Assembly (NCBI GenBank): GCA_000697335.1
Contig: JNEM01008788.1
Coordinates: 1-48,033, forward strand
Length of the DNA: 48,033 nucleotides
Source: Conidiobolus incongruus B7586
Lineage: Eukaryota
Direction: 5' to 3'
The position numbers and the translations under genes were made by a program. The notes below the pieces were generated by a model that did no database searches, was not told where the DNA came from, and saw only the letters and a list, made by a program, of their open reading frames with translations. Each line of letters opens with the position of its first letter. Positions within the stretch are counted from its first letter, which is position 1. Positions 35,626 through 48,033 of this stretch are shown in pieces.

Positions 35626-36893
35626 TTAATTAGGTTTACCCAGTGGTAATTTATAAAACCCAGTCTTTTGACTTATCATTACCACGTTATGAGTATATGC
35701 AATATAGCCAGCTACGTAACCTTTGGAGATAAGAGTAGAGAACACACCAACTGCCTCGTCTTCATCAGACTGAAATCCAGCGACGTTTAAAGCAACGTGA
35801 ATTTGTTGGAACGTGAGTCTTTTTGGCTTGTCCAAATTGATATAGATTTTCTTACACAAATTTCTCAAGCATATCAGCCTCAATCTTTCGAACATCATTA
35901 ATACATTCATTTTGGATAGTTGATCCTGAAATTGATCAAGTAGTTTGTTATATTTGGGAATATCAGCTTCGTAAATGGCATTCAATAGAGGCCCGTATAT
36001 CTTTTGCAAGGAACGATGCTTTGATAACACTTTAATATGAGGAAGTATTCCTTTATTAATCAGTAATGGGATTAAATAAACCAAAATTCTCTTTTGGTTA
36101 TCTCTATGAGCGTAGTGGCAAAGTTTAAATGCTTTCATAAGATGCTCTTCAGCCTAAAACTAAATGAGCATTATTCATTAATAATAAAAATTATAATTTG
36201 ACTCACCTTTTGGAACCTTTCTTTGAAAAATTCCATTCTTCCATAATAATAATGAAAAGTTACTTGATCAGCTTTTGGAAATCTTTCAAGGCTGACTAGA
36301 TCAGGTTCTGTTTCGACAGCACCAATTAAACTCTTGCATAAGTCCAGTGTATTTAAATAGCTGTGAACTGATAATAAAATATTAATCATTTTATAGGTTC
36401 CTAACATTATTGAAGTTTTTAAATTGGTGTCGGGATTAGTTAAACAGCTGGTAAAAGCTCGATTCATTATATGAGTCGCCTCCTCCAAATTACATCCAGA
36501 AGTTCTATCGATATTGAGAGAGAGATCGGTTTGGATAGCTATTGTTTTTAAATCTTTCATAAATCTATAAAGGATAGGAAGTACCCAATTATTCAAATTA
36601 TCCAACTGTTGAACGAGTAATTTACAGCAATTAGACTGACTTTCCAATGCATATTTATACTTCTGTTGAGCCAAGTGATACCTAGTCTGAATGTGAGCAT
36701 CTATAATATTTCGCCATTCCGAAGGAATACTACGGAGAGCATTATTGGGTTGATAAGATTGTAATTGATTGAATGGAATTTCAAATTTGACAGGATGCGT
36801 TTGAAGTAGTGAGGCGATATCTTTACTACGACGTATTGTAATCAAATGACCGACTTCAGCTGTAAAATCTAATAAATGCAAATTATCACTCAT
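35626..36893 (-). CDS. CSN12: PCI-domain protein of the Csn12/PCID2 (Thp1-like) family, 404 aa; exons 36893-36207 and 36153-35626
   Basis: LEEATHIMNRAFTSCLT, FPKADQVTFHYYYGRMEF, NQKRILVYLIPL and LISKGYVAGYIAYTHNVVMISQK. A 53-nt intron (AAG|GTGAGT...TTTTAG|GCT) joins the two ORF-track pieces in frame. Confidence 0.85.
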
Positions 36894-38439
36894 TTTTCTC
36901 TATTTTGTTGATTTTTACTCTAGTCACTAGGAACCTGAAAATTTATATTATTAATTCATATTATTTGAATTTATGGTATTCGTTTGAAAATATTGAATTA
37001 ATATTATTCATACTTTTCTGACTCTATCTTAATTTGTTCACTTATAATGAAAAATGTATTTTGATATTAAATGATAATGTTGGCCAGTAAAAATATACTA
37101 TGGTAAAATCATATTTTATAATAATTGAACTTATTATAATAGTATTAGCCTGTTTTTAAATTCAAAAATTACAAATTTTGGATCTTTAAATCAAATTCGA
37201 TTAAATTTTGTAAATAAAATATTAACAAAATCAATAAAAATAATATATGAGATTAACAGATAATATATTCATTGATTAAATTCAATAATAATTTTATTAT
37301 ATAATATTTAATCTCTTTCGAATTATTAAGAATATACATTAATTGCCACATCAGCTTTTTGATATTGAACACACAAAGTTATATTGAATTTAAATGAGAA
37401 AATTTGTTGTGAAATCATAATTTTGAATTTTGTATTTATTATAATAACACTTAACATCTACTCAACAACAGAGTAATTTCTACTATTTTGCAATTTGAGC
37501 TCTTAACTTTATTAATTTATTTTTTTATTCAAAGAATTATAACATTAAACAATTTATTATAAAATTATATTCAAAATTAATAATTACTAAGAAGTATACA
37601 AAATGCTTTAAATACCATAATCTCAAAGTATTTAACTAAATATAAAAATTTACATGAATTATAAGATTATTATTTTATTATATGGTAAGTATAATTATTG
37701 GAATTGTTAATTAGATAATACTATTAATAAATCAAATCAAATCAATAATAGTTTTAATTATATTTTGTACCTAAGTTAACATCAATTGACAGAATTTTGA
37801 GCTTAAAAATAATTGTCTTTTCTATAGTATATTGTAGATATTCAAGTTAATAAAAAATATAAATTTTTTTTTAAAAAATAATATTGAAATCAAAAATAAT
37901 ATAAAACCCTAAAAATTTTATATATTCTTAGTACATTAAATGTGATGCATATTTCATTATTAATTGTATTGATGTCAATATTAGATTATATATTTATATG
38001 ATCTTTAGCCTAAAAAATATTATAAAACCAACAATATTTTAACATATGTATGTTGGTTTAATAATTATATTAGGATACTGAGTTGTGTGATAACTGTTAT
38101 CTCAGAATTCATCATAGCATGGAATTTTTAAATTAATTTTGCATCGATCAAGTTAGAAAATGGCAGTCCAAATTGATTAATCACTGTATTCCAAATCGAC
38201 CAATTAAATTCAATTGAGTGGTGAATTTTGATTTTAAAGATATTGAATGTGATTAATTACCAAAATCTTATCCATATAAATAGATATAAATAATATATTT
38301 TTTAATTTTAAACATTATAACTTGATTATTCAATTTGAAAATTATCTTTAATATATTCAATTAATTGTCCTACATTATAAAATATACTGCTTTTAATATA
38401 TAATAATCTTGAAAAAAAAAATCCATTAATTTTTAGAAT

Positions 38440-41400
38440 ATGTCGGAATCGAATTTTTATAATGACCATTCCAGAAATACTGTGGATTTAAATACTGCCA
38501 ATAATAAGAATAACAACTTGGAATCTATTTTGGCTGATGTGAACGAAATTACTACTGTACCTTGTAACGAATGGAGAATATTTATAAAACAACAAATTAA
38601 TAGTATTATTTTACAAATTTTATCCAATACTAAATATAAGCCTCATAATGTACCCATATCGGCCATTACGTTGGATTGTAATTTGTCTATTAATGATTTT
38701 AGAAATAATAATCCTCTGGTTCCTAATTTCAATAAAGAAACTGTAGAAGAATCTAAAAATAATAATTTGAAATCCAGTTCTAATACGGAAATCGACACTA
38801 AAAAGGAGACAAATAACCCCTCAACAGCCTCATCAAATGCTCCTCGCGTTCAACTTGGTAAATTGGGGAAACTGATTAATACCCAAGTTTTTGAATTTGA
38901 TGATTGGGATCAAATTGAAAGAAGTAACACTTTTAAGGTAATGATGAATCCTTTATTTAATCAAAATTACCAGAACCAAACCATTTATTAAATATGTGCT
39001 TAGAAACCTCCTGGTATTCTTGTCGAAATGATAGAATTAAGAAAATACATTGAAAGAGTGCCTGGTATGTAGTTTAGTTTTTTAATTATTCAAATTCCAC
39101 TAATAAGGAATATCTTGATGTTGAATAGAGAGGGGAGATCTTGATTCCCTGACGGTGTTAAGCCCGTTTGTACATATCATTCAGTCAGCTGAGACTAGTG
39201 GATCAGTAACTGGTGCCGCTCTCACTGCTGTTCATTATATTCTTGCAAATAGAGTATTGCGTAAGCGATCCATAACCACTGCATTTGAATCATTCAATTA
39301 ATGATGCTTTAGCTGACCATTCCAACAATTTGATCACATCCATTAGAGAACTTTCAGTTGCTGTGACTAATTGCAAATTTGAATCAAGTGACCCTAGTCA
39401 AGATGAAATCGTATTAATGAAAATTTTGAAAGTCATGGATATAATGGTTCATTCTGATTTGGTTTTCGATAGACTCGCTACAACTCACATTCATGCTATT
39501 ATTGAATCTGCTCTCTCTTTATGTCATCAAATTAAAATGTCGATGGTATTCAGGTATCATGCAGAGCAAGCCATTCAATCTATTATACTTTGTGTTACTT
39601 CAAAGTTAATTAGTAATCCTCTTCGTCATTTTAACCCTGCTATAGAGGCCTTGGCAGCAAGTGATACATTAATCGTAGGAACCGATTCTTCAACTAGACC
39701 TTCAATTTCTAGATCGAACTCTCTTTCTGATGCTCATACTGCTCCTACCTTTGTTGAAGTTTTAGAAGAAATCTTCAAGACGTTAATTTCACTCTTAGAC
39801 CCCCATAGCTTATCTCATACAGATTATATGAGATTAATTGGCATTTCTTTGTTCCATTCAATTTTTATCAAAGATGGGTATTTAATAATGCGTGAAGAAT
39901 CTTTAAGACCACTTATATGCGATCAATTAATGAAAAATTTATGGATATTGCAGTTTGGCGAGCATTTGAATATTGTCACCCAATCCTTAGATCTTAGCTC
40001 ACTGTTGTTATCACTTGGTTTGCCTTATATGAAGGCCCAGCTCCAGTTGTTGATCAACCAAGCTATTCAAATAAGTTCACCATCCTATCAATTTGGAAAC
40101 ATCAGTAAACTTAGACAAGATCAAATTCAATATCTCTTTGTGAATTTTCTTTTTAACCTATTCCAATCTTCTCCCACCTTTTTTAACGAACTGTTCATCA
40201 ATTATGATTCAGATATCTATCACCAAAATATCTTGGAAAAGCTCATTAATTTCATTGTGGATAATTGTATTAAATACACTACATCGGGATTTCCATCGCA
40301 GGTATCGAACATTTGGCTTGAGCAAATTCTTAAACTTCTTGCTTCTATGCTGTTAAGATCGCATGATAAGGTATAAATTTCAAATCTACACATTTTATTA
40401 TTATTAATACCTTTTAGCCTCAAAATGCTTTACTGACTCGTTTAACTGGAATCAACTCATATTTGAATCGTATTCCTCCTCAACTTTATCAAACCAATGC
40501 CGCACCAAATCCTAATATTTTGTATTCTACTCAAACTCCAGAGCAGATTCTATCCAACAAAGCCAAAAAGCATATTTTAGTTCAAGCAGTGGAACAATTT
40601 AATGCTAAACCTGCTAATGGAATAGATTTTCTCGTTCAGCATGAATTTTTGCCTCCTAAGGATAGCTCAAATTTCAATCTTGAGCTTGCTAAATTTATCA
40701 AAAATACACCTGGATTAAACAAGAAGAAATTAGGAGAGTATCTATCCAAGTCACAAAATACTCAATTGCTCGAGTCATTTTTAAGCTTGTTTGACTTTAA
40801 AAACAAGCGTATTGATGAAGCTATAAGAGACTTCTTAACCACTTTCCGCTTGCCTGGAGAATCCCAACAAATCGACAGAATCATGGATACCTTTTCAACT
40901 TTTTACTATGACAGTGGACCGGAAGAAATCAATCATAGAGATGCTGTATATGTTCTCTCCTTTTCCGTTGTGATGTTGAACACAGATTTGCACAATCCTC
41001 AAGTGAGAAATAAGATGGATTTCAACAGTTATCGTAATAATTTAAGAGGAGTAAACGATGGCAAAAACTTTTCAGATGATTATTTAAGAGCTATCTTTGA
41101 AGGTATTCGAGATAACGAAATTGTGATGCCAGAAGAACATGAGGGTCAAAAGTCATTAGATTTTATCTGGACAACATCCCTTCAAAATGCTAAATCTTCT
41201 GGGCTCTATTTCAAATCACATCCTGGACAATTTGACGAACAAGTTTTCATGGTAATTTATGGTATTGTTACCGATCTGTTAATACAAGGTAACCACAACT
41301 CAATAACTACACGATTAATTATACTTATCATATTTATATCTAGTATATAAAAGCAGTTTAAACGATTCATTAATTCAAAGCTGTCTGATGGGGCTTTACC

Positions 41401-43946
41401 TTATTGGACACCTTGCTAATGGATTCAATAACTCTCAAGCATTGGACAATTTAGTGAAAGTAGTTTCAAGTTTATTGGCTAGGCTATTCTCAGACAATGA
41501 AGATGTTGACACTGGATTCTCGGCACAGTCATCTTCCATCGTTAATCGCACTCAAATGGTTGACAATATCGTGTTATCCGATCTTGCTGTGAATTTAGGT
41601 CAATCTTATAAAGCACAGCTAGCCACTGTATTTTTATTTAATCTTTCGGGGGATTATATTACAAACTTGGATTCAGGATGGTGGGATTTGTTGGATTTAT
41701 TGAAGCTCTTTGTTGATTCCTTTTTGCTACCTACAGAGTTGCTCTCTATTGAAGAATATGGTTTCCATGAAGATCCTAATTCTACCACCTCTCAAGCTAA
41801 GAAAACTTCTATATTTATTCCATTCACTGCACCAGATGTAACTTTACATTCTTCAAACTGGAAGAATTCTGGAGAACCCGGTTATGTTCACATGCAACAA
41901 CCTTCGATATCTACTGAAGGTTCGAATTCAGGAATCTTTTCGGCTTTGACCTCTTATTTGGGATACTCGTCCACTCATCCAGATATTATTTGGGAGTTAC
42001 CAGTAAATTTATTGTTCGCATATCATGACTCTACCAAAAAGATTATAGAACCATGTAAATTTAAAGAACTTATGACTAACATTCAAAACTTGAATCAGCA
42101 AAAGTTTGAAGCTTTACTCAAAAAGTTTATGATCATGACCAGATTGCCACAAATTGATTCCAATATCAATGATAATTCTTCCAGGTCAAATGTACCTCAG
42201 TCTGAATCAGTAGAACAAGCCACTGATTCCAGCAATGAGCCTCTTCAAACCAGTAGCACCTCAGACTCAAGCCCCATAAAATATCATCCTTCGAGCATTT
42301 TCTTTATTCACTGGTTAGTCAACATCACTCTTGAATATCATAACTCTGATCGATTTTGGCCTATTGTTTTAACATTCTTTGCCGATGTTATCTACCAAGC
42401 TGAAGTATACCATCCGTATGTTATTCAAAGAGTTTTAGTTGAATTGGTGAATATTATTTTCCATTTAACTCCCAAAGCTGCTCAGTCGAATTTATCACAA
42501 CTTAGTTTAAATAAGGCTGTCCAACTTTTGGGCAAGACTTCACCCAATTCAATTATTTCCTCTTCTGAACAACTGGTTCCCGCATTCAAGCTTTTAATTG
42601 CTACATATTCTAACTTTTTGTTTGATTCTAACTGTTGGGCTACTTGCCTTCATGTTGCTCATAATACTTTCTCGTCACCTAACCCACAAACCGTTCATAA
42701 AACTTTCAACCTTGTTCAACAGCTCATTGGATCTATCAATAGAGTTCAAGTATCTCATGGCGATTATTTACTGCTTGTGAATCTTCTAATCGAGTATAGT
42801 AATCCTGATCAATTCATCAGATCAAGTGATGATCCTCTACAGTTAGTTATTCAGAGAAGCTCCCTATCGCTCAGGTTAATTGGTAAATTACTTGAGCAAA
42901 TACCTCATGTTGCTCAAGATCGTCAATTGAGTGGTTATTACCTTCCACCAATGATTGGATTGAGCAATCTCAGCAACCATTTAAGAAAGGAAATTAGAGG
43001 TGCTGCTTTGAGTCAACTCAAGTATGCATTAACTTCTTCATATCTAACCAATCACTCCACATTTTCTGATTGGAGTAAGATTTTCAACAAAGTAATGTTC
43101 CCACTGATAGATCAAACAACTTCCAATAATCACAGCAATGGTAAGCGTTCTAGTCAACAGCATCAGCAGCCACAAATGGACATGATTGAACTTGAAGAAG
43201 GTCGTACTAGAGTTTCATCAATGCTCTCACAAGTATACTTAGTTTATTTGAATTTGGTTTCTCCAATCAATTCTTCATTTGACCCACAAGAGTCGCTTGA
43301 TTCGTTTACTCATGTCAAAAATATTTGGACTGAGCTCTTACCTAGGCTTTTGAAATTGATGAAACATCCACGCCAGGATGATCAATACTTTGAAACAATT
43401 TTCGAAATATTAAAAAATCTCATATTGGTCATGCAGGCAACTCATCTCTTACTTTTGGCCTCCGATCCTGCGCTAGAAGGAATCAACTCCCCCAACTATC
43501 AAGCTAAAGATCTTGAATCTCAAGATCCTATAACCCAGCTTACCATTACCACATATATCTTGATCAAGGAGAATTTCCCTCAATTGATGGAGCAAATTTT
43601 CCCAACCAGGTCGTTGTCTACTTCACCTCAGAATATGCTCAAAATCCCTACCGCTAGTAGTGAAAATATCCATAATCAAGAACAATCTAGTGTAGAAACT
43701 GGTGCAACGAATAAGGCTCACGAGCCAAATGAAAAACTAGCTGCAGAAGTGAATGAAGCTGACGCTAAAGTATCAACTCAAAAGAGTGAGCCCAATTCTA
43801 CAAAACCCAAATCTGAACAGTCTCTCTCCAAAGAAGTAAATCAAACCCAAGAAGCGCAAACACTCAAGGAAGAAAATCCTAAATCGTCCGAAGATCCTGG
43901 TCAATTTCCTGACCATTCTGCCGCATCGATTATACTATCTCTATAA
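38440..43946 (+). CDS. GBF1: Large Sec7-domain Arf guanine-nucleotide exchange factor of the GBF1/Gea1-2 type, ~1740 aa; exons 38440-38937, 39004-39064, 39129-39260, 39313-40370, 40418-41288, 41344-43946
   Basis: DCB segment (LSPFVHIIQSAETSGSVTGAAL; VTNCKFESSDPSQDEIVLMKIL), HUS box (ELFINYDSD), and Sec7 catalytic FRLPGESQQIDRIM with VVMLNTDLHNPQV. Five GT-AG introns (47-66 nt) keep the frame. Confidence 0.9.
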
Positions 43947-44429
43947 ATCACATAATATACACATTCGGATCATTTAAATAATTGATCGAATTAATACTTA
44001 TATTAATATACACTATTAAAATTTTGAATTTCATATAAAAAATTATATTGAATGCATTTTTTATCAAGTATGGTAATTAAAAGGTTGATTTAAATAAATT
44101 TTATGGCTATGGATTATTAGTTGATTTTAGCAATTTCCTGGCCAAATAATATTGGTAACAATATGTAATCAGCTAATGCAAATAAAATATAAATATTAAT
44201 TTATTAGCTTGGGAAAATTAAATGTAAATGATAATAAATTTGAATAGAAGACCAGATAAAAAACAAGCATAGAAAAAGAAATTAGCTAGGAAGAGTGATA
44301 AATGATAAGGGTATAAATGAAAAGTTATTGAAATGAAAAAACAAAATTAGATTAAAATTAAATGAGATAGTGAAAAATGAAAGATTAAGGATTTATATTA
44401 TTAGTTAGATTATAATTTTCCTCCCTCAC

Positions 44430-44514
44430 CCGACTATAGCTCAGTTGGTAGAGCGGGAGACTGTAGTTACCAGCTGTGATCTCTAGGTCACTGGTTCAAT
44501 TCCGGTTGGTCAGA
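44430..44514 (+). tRNA. tRNA-Tyr (anticodon GUA) with a 12-nt intron (~44467-44478)
   Basis: C1:G72, D-arm GCTC-AGTTGGTA-GAGC, anticodon stem GGAGA/TCTCT around CTGTAG[TTACCAGCTGTG]A, T-arm ACTGG-TTCAATT-CCGGT, discriminator A, TTTTTT terminator. One acceptor-stem mismatch (C2:A71). Confidence 0.92.
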
Positions 44515-44764
44515 TGTTTTTTGAAATATTTTAATTATCTGTTGATTCTCAGATATTACATATATTTATATCATCAATAAAATTGATGCCTATATTAACC
44601 CAATACATTATTTTTTTTTATTTCCAAGTATCAATATAAAATTTATCTACTAATAAAATCTATTTTAGATATGACGAAATAGTTACTTAAGCTTTATTCG
44701 ATTTGGGACATTAATGAAAAACGAGTATTTGAATCAACTTTTTGATTAATAATTAATAATTTAT

Positions 44765-46183
44765 TTAAATAAAATTAACATGAAAATAAATTAAGAATAT
44801 CATCGGAATACCAAAACCTAAACCAAACCAAAATATGGCATTCGCTAACCAAGCTCGACTCTTAAAGATGGGTAAAGACATCAATAAGGTTATAGGAATT
44901 TGACTCATTTGAAATATAATAAAAACGCAGATAAATTTTTTAAATATAACACCCATAGCCAATTCATGAAAAATAGAAGATACTAGAAATGTGAGAGTGA
45001 GGGCGGATACTTTGGTGAATTTCCTAGTTTTTAGTAATTCCTTATATACAAAATTTTTTAAAAATAAATGGACGGGTCTGTTCCATTTATAGCTAAATTC
45101 GTAAAACGTTATACTGTTCCACCAATCTTCGTAAAAGTTGCGATCGCTGTAGCGTGTCAATTCTGCAAACCCATTGCATACGCATTCAAACATAATGTAA
45201 AATATTAGTATTGTAATGACTAGAATTGGAGGACAGAGATAGAATAGGGTTTCTAATATTGATGAATTACTCTGTTCCATAATGGGATAGATGTGATGCT
45301 CCACAGAGATTAAAAGGAGTCCAACTAAAACGAAAGTTGCAAACAGTTTTTCAAATACATAGAGCCATCGAATTTTTGGGCCTCTTGGGAATTCAATGTT
45401 GTAGCAGAGGGATGGGACGAGTAAATAGTCCAAATAGTTGAATAAAGTCACATTAGCTGGATAACTCATAGAAAGGTTACTTGTACTAAATTCAGCTCGC
45501 AATGAATGAAGCTGTTTTTGTGAATCTTTAGACTTATTAATGGGTTTCAATTTCAAGTATGTCTGTCTCTTTACAAGATATTCTTGATTTTTGACATTAT
45601 AACTATGCAATTTCATCAGCATGACTAAAGAGTGAAGATAAAAACTACCTCGACTCGAGGCATACCAATCCGTATTAATACAATACCAAGTACAGGCAAC
45701 TATGAAGCTCAATTCATAAATTGTTTGAATTCCAATTCTGATAATTTTAGACTTTCCCAAAAATGTATGAGCAAATAGATATTGAATAGGAAAACATAAC
45801 GAAGCGAACAATACCATTATGATATCGGATACTATTAACTCTACAGAAGTCTCTGAAATAAGCCAAATTATAGCAGTTCCAATAGGCTGTCCAGTGGCTT
45901 TCAGAGTTCTGATAATAGTTTGTGAATAATAGAAAGTCATAGCCACCCAAAATAGAGTGAAGAACCCTCGAATAGGATGCCTATTTTCGAATAGATGCGT
46001 TAGCTCTAGCTCGGAAGAGCGATTGGAAATAGACTTGCTCATGTTAGTTGATGACTTTTGAAAAGTGGATTTTTTATAATTTGAAGTAGGCGCAGTATCT
46101 TCGATCAGAGATCTGGTCTAATTGACACCAATTAAAATAAGTCAATACAATAATAGAAATTATCTTACCAAAAAAGTTGACAT
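44765..46183 (-). CDS. MBOAT-family acyl-CoA:sterol O-acyltransferase (Are1/Are2/SOAT-like), ~455 aa; exons 46183-46169 and 46117-44765
   Basis: LVMLMKLHSY, YPANVTLFNYLDYLLVPSLCY, NGFAELTRYSDRNFYEDWWNS, WNRPVHLF and catalytic SSIFHE. A 51-nt intron links an upstream ATG exon in frame. A DGAT1-like assignment is not excluded. Confidence 0.85.
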
Positions 46184-47169
46184 ATTGAAGAATATTATAG
46201 CATTAACAATGTGTAAATGGATAGATGATAGATATTAATACTTGTATATTAGATTAATTCAATTAATATTTTAATTTAAAGGGTGAAGATAAATAACTTA
46301 AACAACACATTTACAAAATGCTAAAATTTATAGTTAAATTTGTTTTAATCAATATTGACAAATGCCCATAATAAAGTAACACAGTTGATTAAATTTTATA
46401 GTTTATTAGTATTTATTGGTTATTTTAAATTATTTACCCCGTTTCCTAATAAGAGAATGTCCAATTACACCTTAAACTGTTTCTTTACAACATTTTGATT
46501 TAATAATATAATTGTTTTATCTATTCAACTTAATTTACAAAATTTTAAATTAAATTTGACTTCTTTTGACGATACAATTATGTAATTCATGTGATATCGT
46601 TGGATTTTATTCCAAAATAATTGATAATGATCTATTAACCTACAACTTAAATTATCACCATCACACGAAAAATAAAAAGCATTTAAATATTCAAGTATAA
46701 TGTAAATCATTTCAATTAGATTTTTTATAATATATGTGAATTTTAAATAGCAATTTAAATTGTTAAAATATTATATGAAAGTCCATCAAAATCATTAAAA
46801 GGGATATTGAAAAATATATATTAGTATTAAGAATATAAAATAGTTGATATAAAACTTGAATTATTAGTCCCTTAAAATTAGTATATTTGAAAATAATATA
46901 GGATACAATAATTTAATTTGTAAATGATATATCACGCCATCGAATTGAAACTAAATTTATTAATCAGATAATTAATTTAAAATGATGATTAAATTTTAAG
47001 GATATTAAAAAAATAGAAATACATTAAAATTATTTAGATTTGAATAGTTGAGATAATTTGGTTATATTGATAATTTAAATAAATCTTAAAATAATATTAA
47101 TATTCATTTAATTATAAAATTAAATAGGATAAAATACTTAAACTGATAAAAAATTTACAAAGTCACTGA

Positions 47170-48033
47170 TTAATTCTGAACTTGAGACGTACTATCTACA
47201 ACACACCATCCGGACTCTTCACCATCTGAAAGGATAGAAATTGGAAGACCTTTACTTTCTTGATTAGAAGCATGCTTGGGAGTAAGCAGTCCTGGTAAAA
47301 CTGAAGGCACTGTTTTACTCTGTTTTGAGAGCTGTTTATATTTATCTAACCTCTTACGAGCTGCATCTATGTCGCGATAGATAAAGTTAATTGCCTTTTC
47401 AACTCCATCTTCTGATCTAATTTGTTTTCCAATTAGATTAGCCTTTTCTATCATCTTAACATCAGTTGTAGCTGTAACCAATGCTTTGCTCAGCTTTTCA
47501 ACTGTTAGCTTTTTAAGGTAAATACCACAGCCATTGTTTTGAACTTGTTGTGCCCAGAAATATTGATCCCCAAAATATGGATGAATGACGGTTGGGACAC
47601 CGGCACGTAAACCTGCTGCTGTAGTACCTGCGCCGCCATGGTGCACAACGGCTGCAACTTGTGGAAAGAGCCAGTCGTGAGGTACTGATTTAAGTGGGTA
47701 AATGCATGGCGGAAATTCAAATTGTTTCCTATCAGTTTTCCCTCTAGCAGACCATCCTTCAGAGAGAATGACACGGCAACCTGAATCAACAACTGCATCG
47801 ATAATTGTTTGTGTTAATTGGTCAGGATCTTGGACTACAATTGATCCAAAGCCAATATACACTGGGGGTTTGTCACCTTCTTTAATAAAATCAACCAAGT
47901 CTTGAGGAGGAGTCCAGTTGAGATCGGGTTGATCTAAAAACCAATACCCACAAGGATGAATCCAATCATGCCAATCAGACGGAGGAGGAACAATTGATGG
48001 AGAGAATGAATACAGAAATGGGACTTTTTGAGG
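47170..48033 (-). CDS. ATG26: Sterol 3-beta-glucosyltransferase (GT1, Atg26/Ugt51-like), 3' part; continues beyond the window
   Basis: Open frame from the window edge: KVPFLYSFSPSIVPPPSDWHDWIHPCGYWFLD...PPVYIGFGSIVV...VPHDWLFPQVAAVVHHGGAGTTAAGLRAGVPTVIHPYFGDQYFW. Confidence 0.9.
   Translation of the reverse strand, partial: PQKVPFLYSFSPSIVPPPSDWHDWIHPCGYWFLDQPDLNWTPPQDLVDFIKEGDKPPVYIGFGSIVVQDPDQLTQTIIDAVVDSGCRVILSEGWSARGKTDRKQFEFPPCIYPLKSVPHDWLFPQVAAVVHHGGAGTTAAGLRAGVPTVIHPYFGDQYFWAQQVQNNGCGIYLKKLTVEKLSKALVTATTDVKMIEKANLIGKQIRSEDGVEKAINFIYRDIDAARKRLDKYKQLSKQSKTVPSVLPGLLTPKHASNQESKGLPISILSDGEESGWCVVDSTSQVQN

Noticed and set aside
1..48033. CRISPR arrays, prokaryotic operons, or alternative genetic code / stop-codon recoding
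   Set aside because: No repeat-spacer array was seen, the genes have spliceosomal introns, and every gene model closes with the standard code once introns are removed.

Overview
Very AT-rich eukaryotic nuclear DNA with short (mostly 47-66 nt) GT-AG introns and a standard genetic code. Gene content points to a fungus, plausibly an early-diverging one such as an Entomophthorales/Zoopagomycota species (inference from composition and gene style only). Genes in order: three intronless SulP/SLC26 anion transporters, two of which face each other across NOP56; an RBM26/27 (Rmn1)-like PWI-CCCH-RRM gene; a Sog2-like LRR protein; a stand-alone MLH3-type MutL C-terminal endonuclease domain; isovaleryl-CoA dehydrogenase (9 exons); tRNA-Leu(UAG); a probable LTR relic; a Fungal_trans transcription-factor-like protein without a zinc cluster; Csn12/PCID2; the GBF1/Gea Arf-GEF (6 exons); an intron-containing tRNA-Tyr(GUA); an ARE-type sterol acyltransferase; and the 3' part of a sterol glucosyltransferase. 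Two observations stand out. (1) The 213-aa MLH3-type nuclease-domain gene is cleanly spliced but has no room for the MutL ATPase half. (2) The two convergent SulP paralogues share a perfect 508-bp inverted repeat around NOP56 although they are strongly diverged elsewhere, and the three paralogues carry different residues at the anion-binding site. All exon models and alignments were made by eye; no database searches were run.
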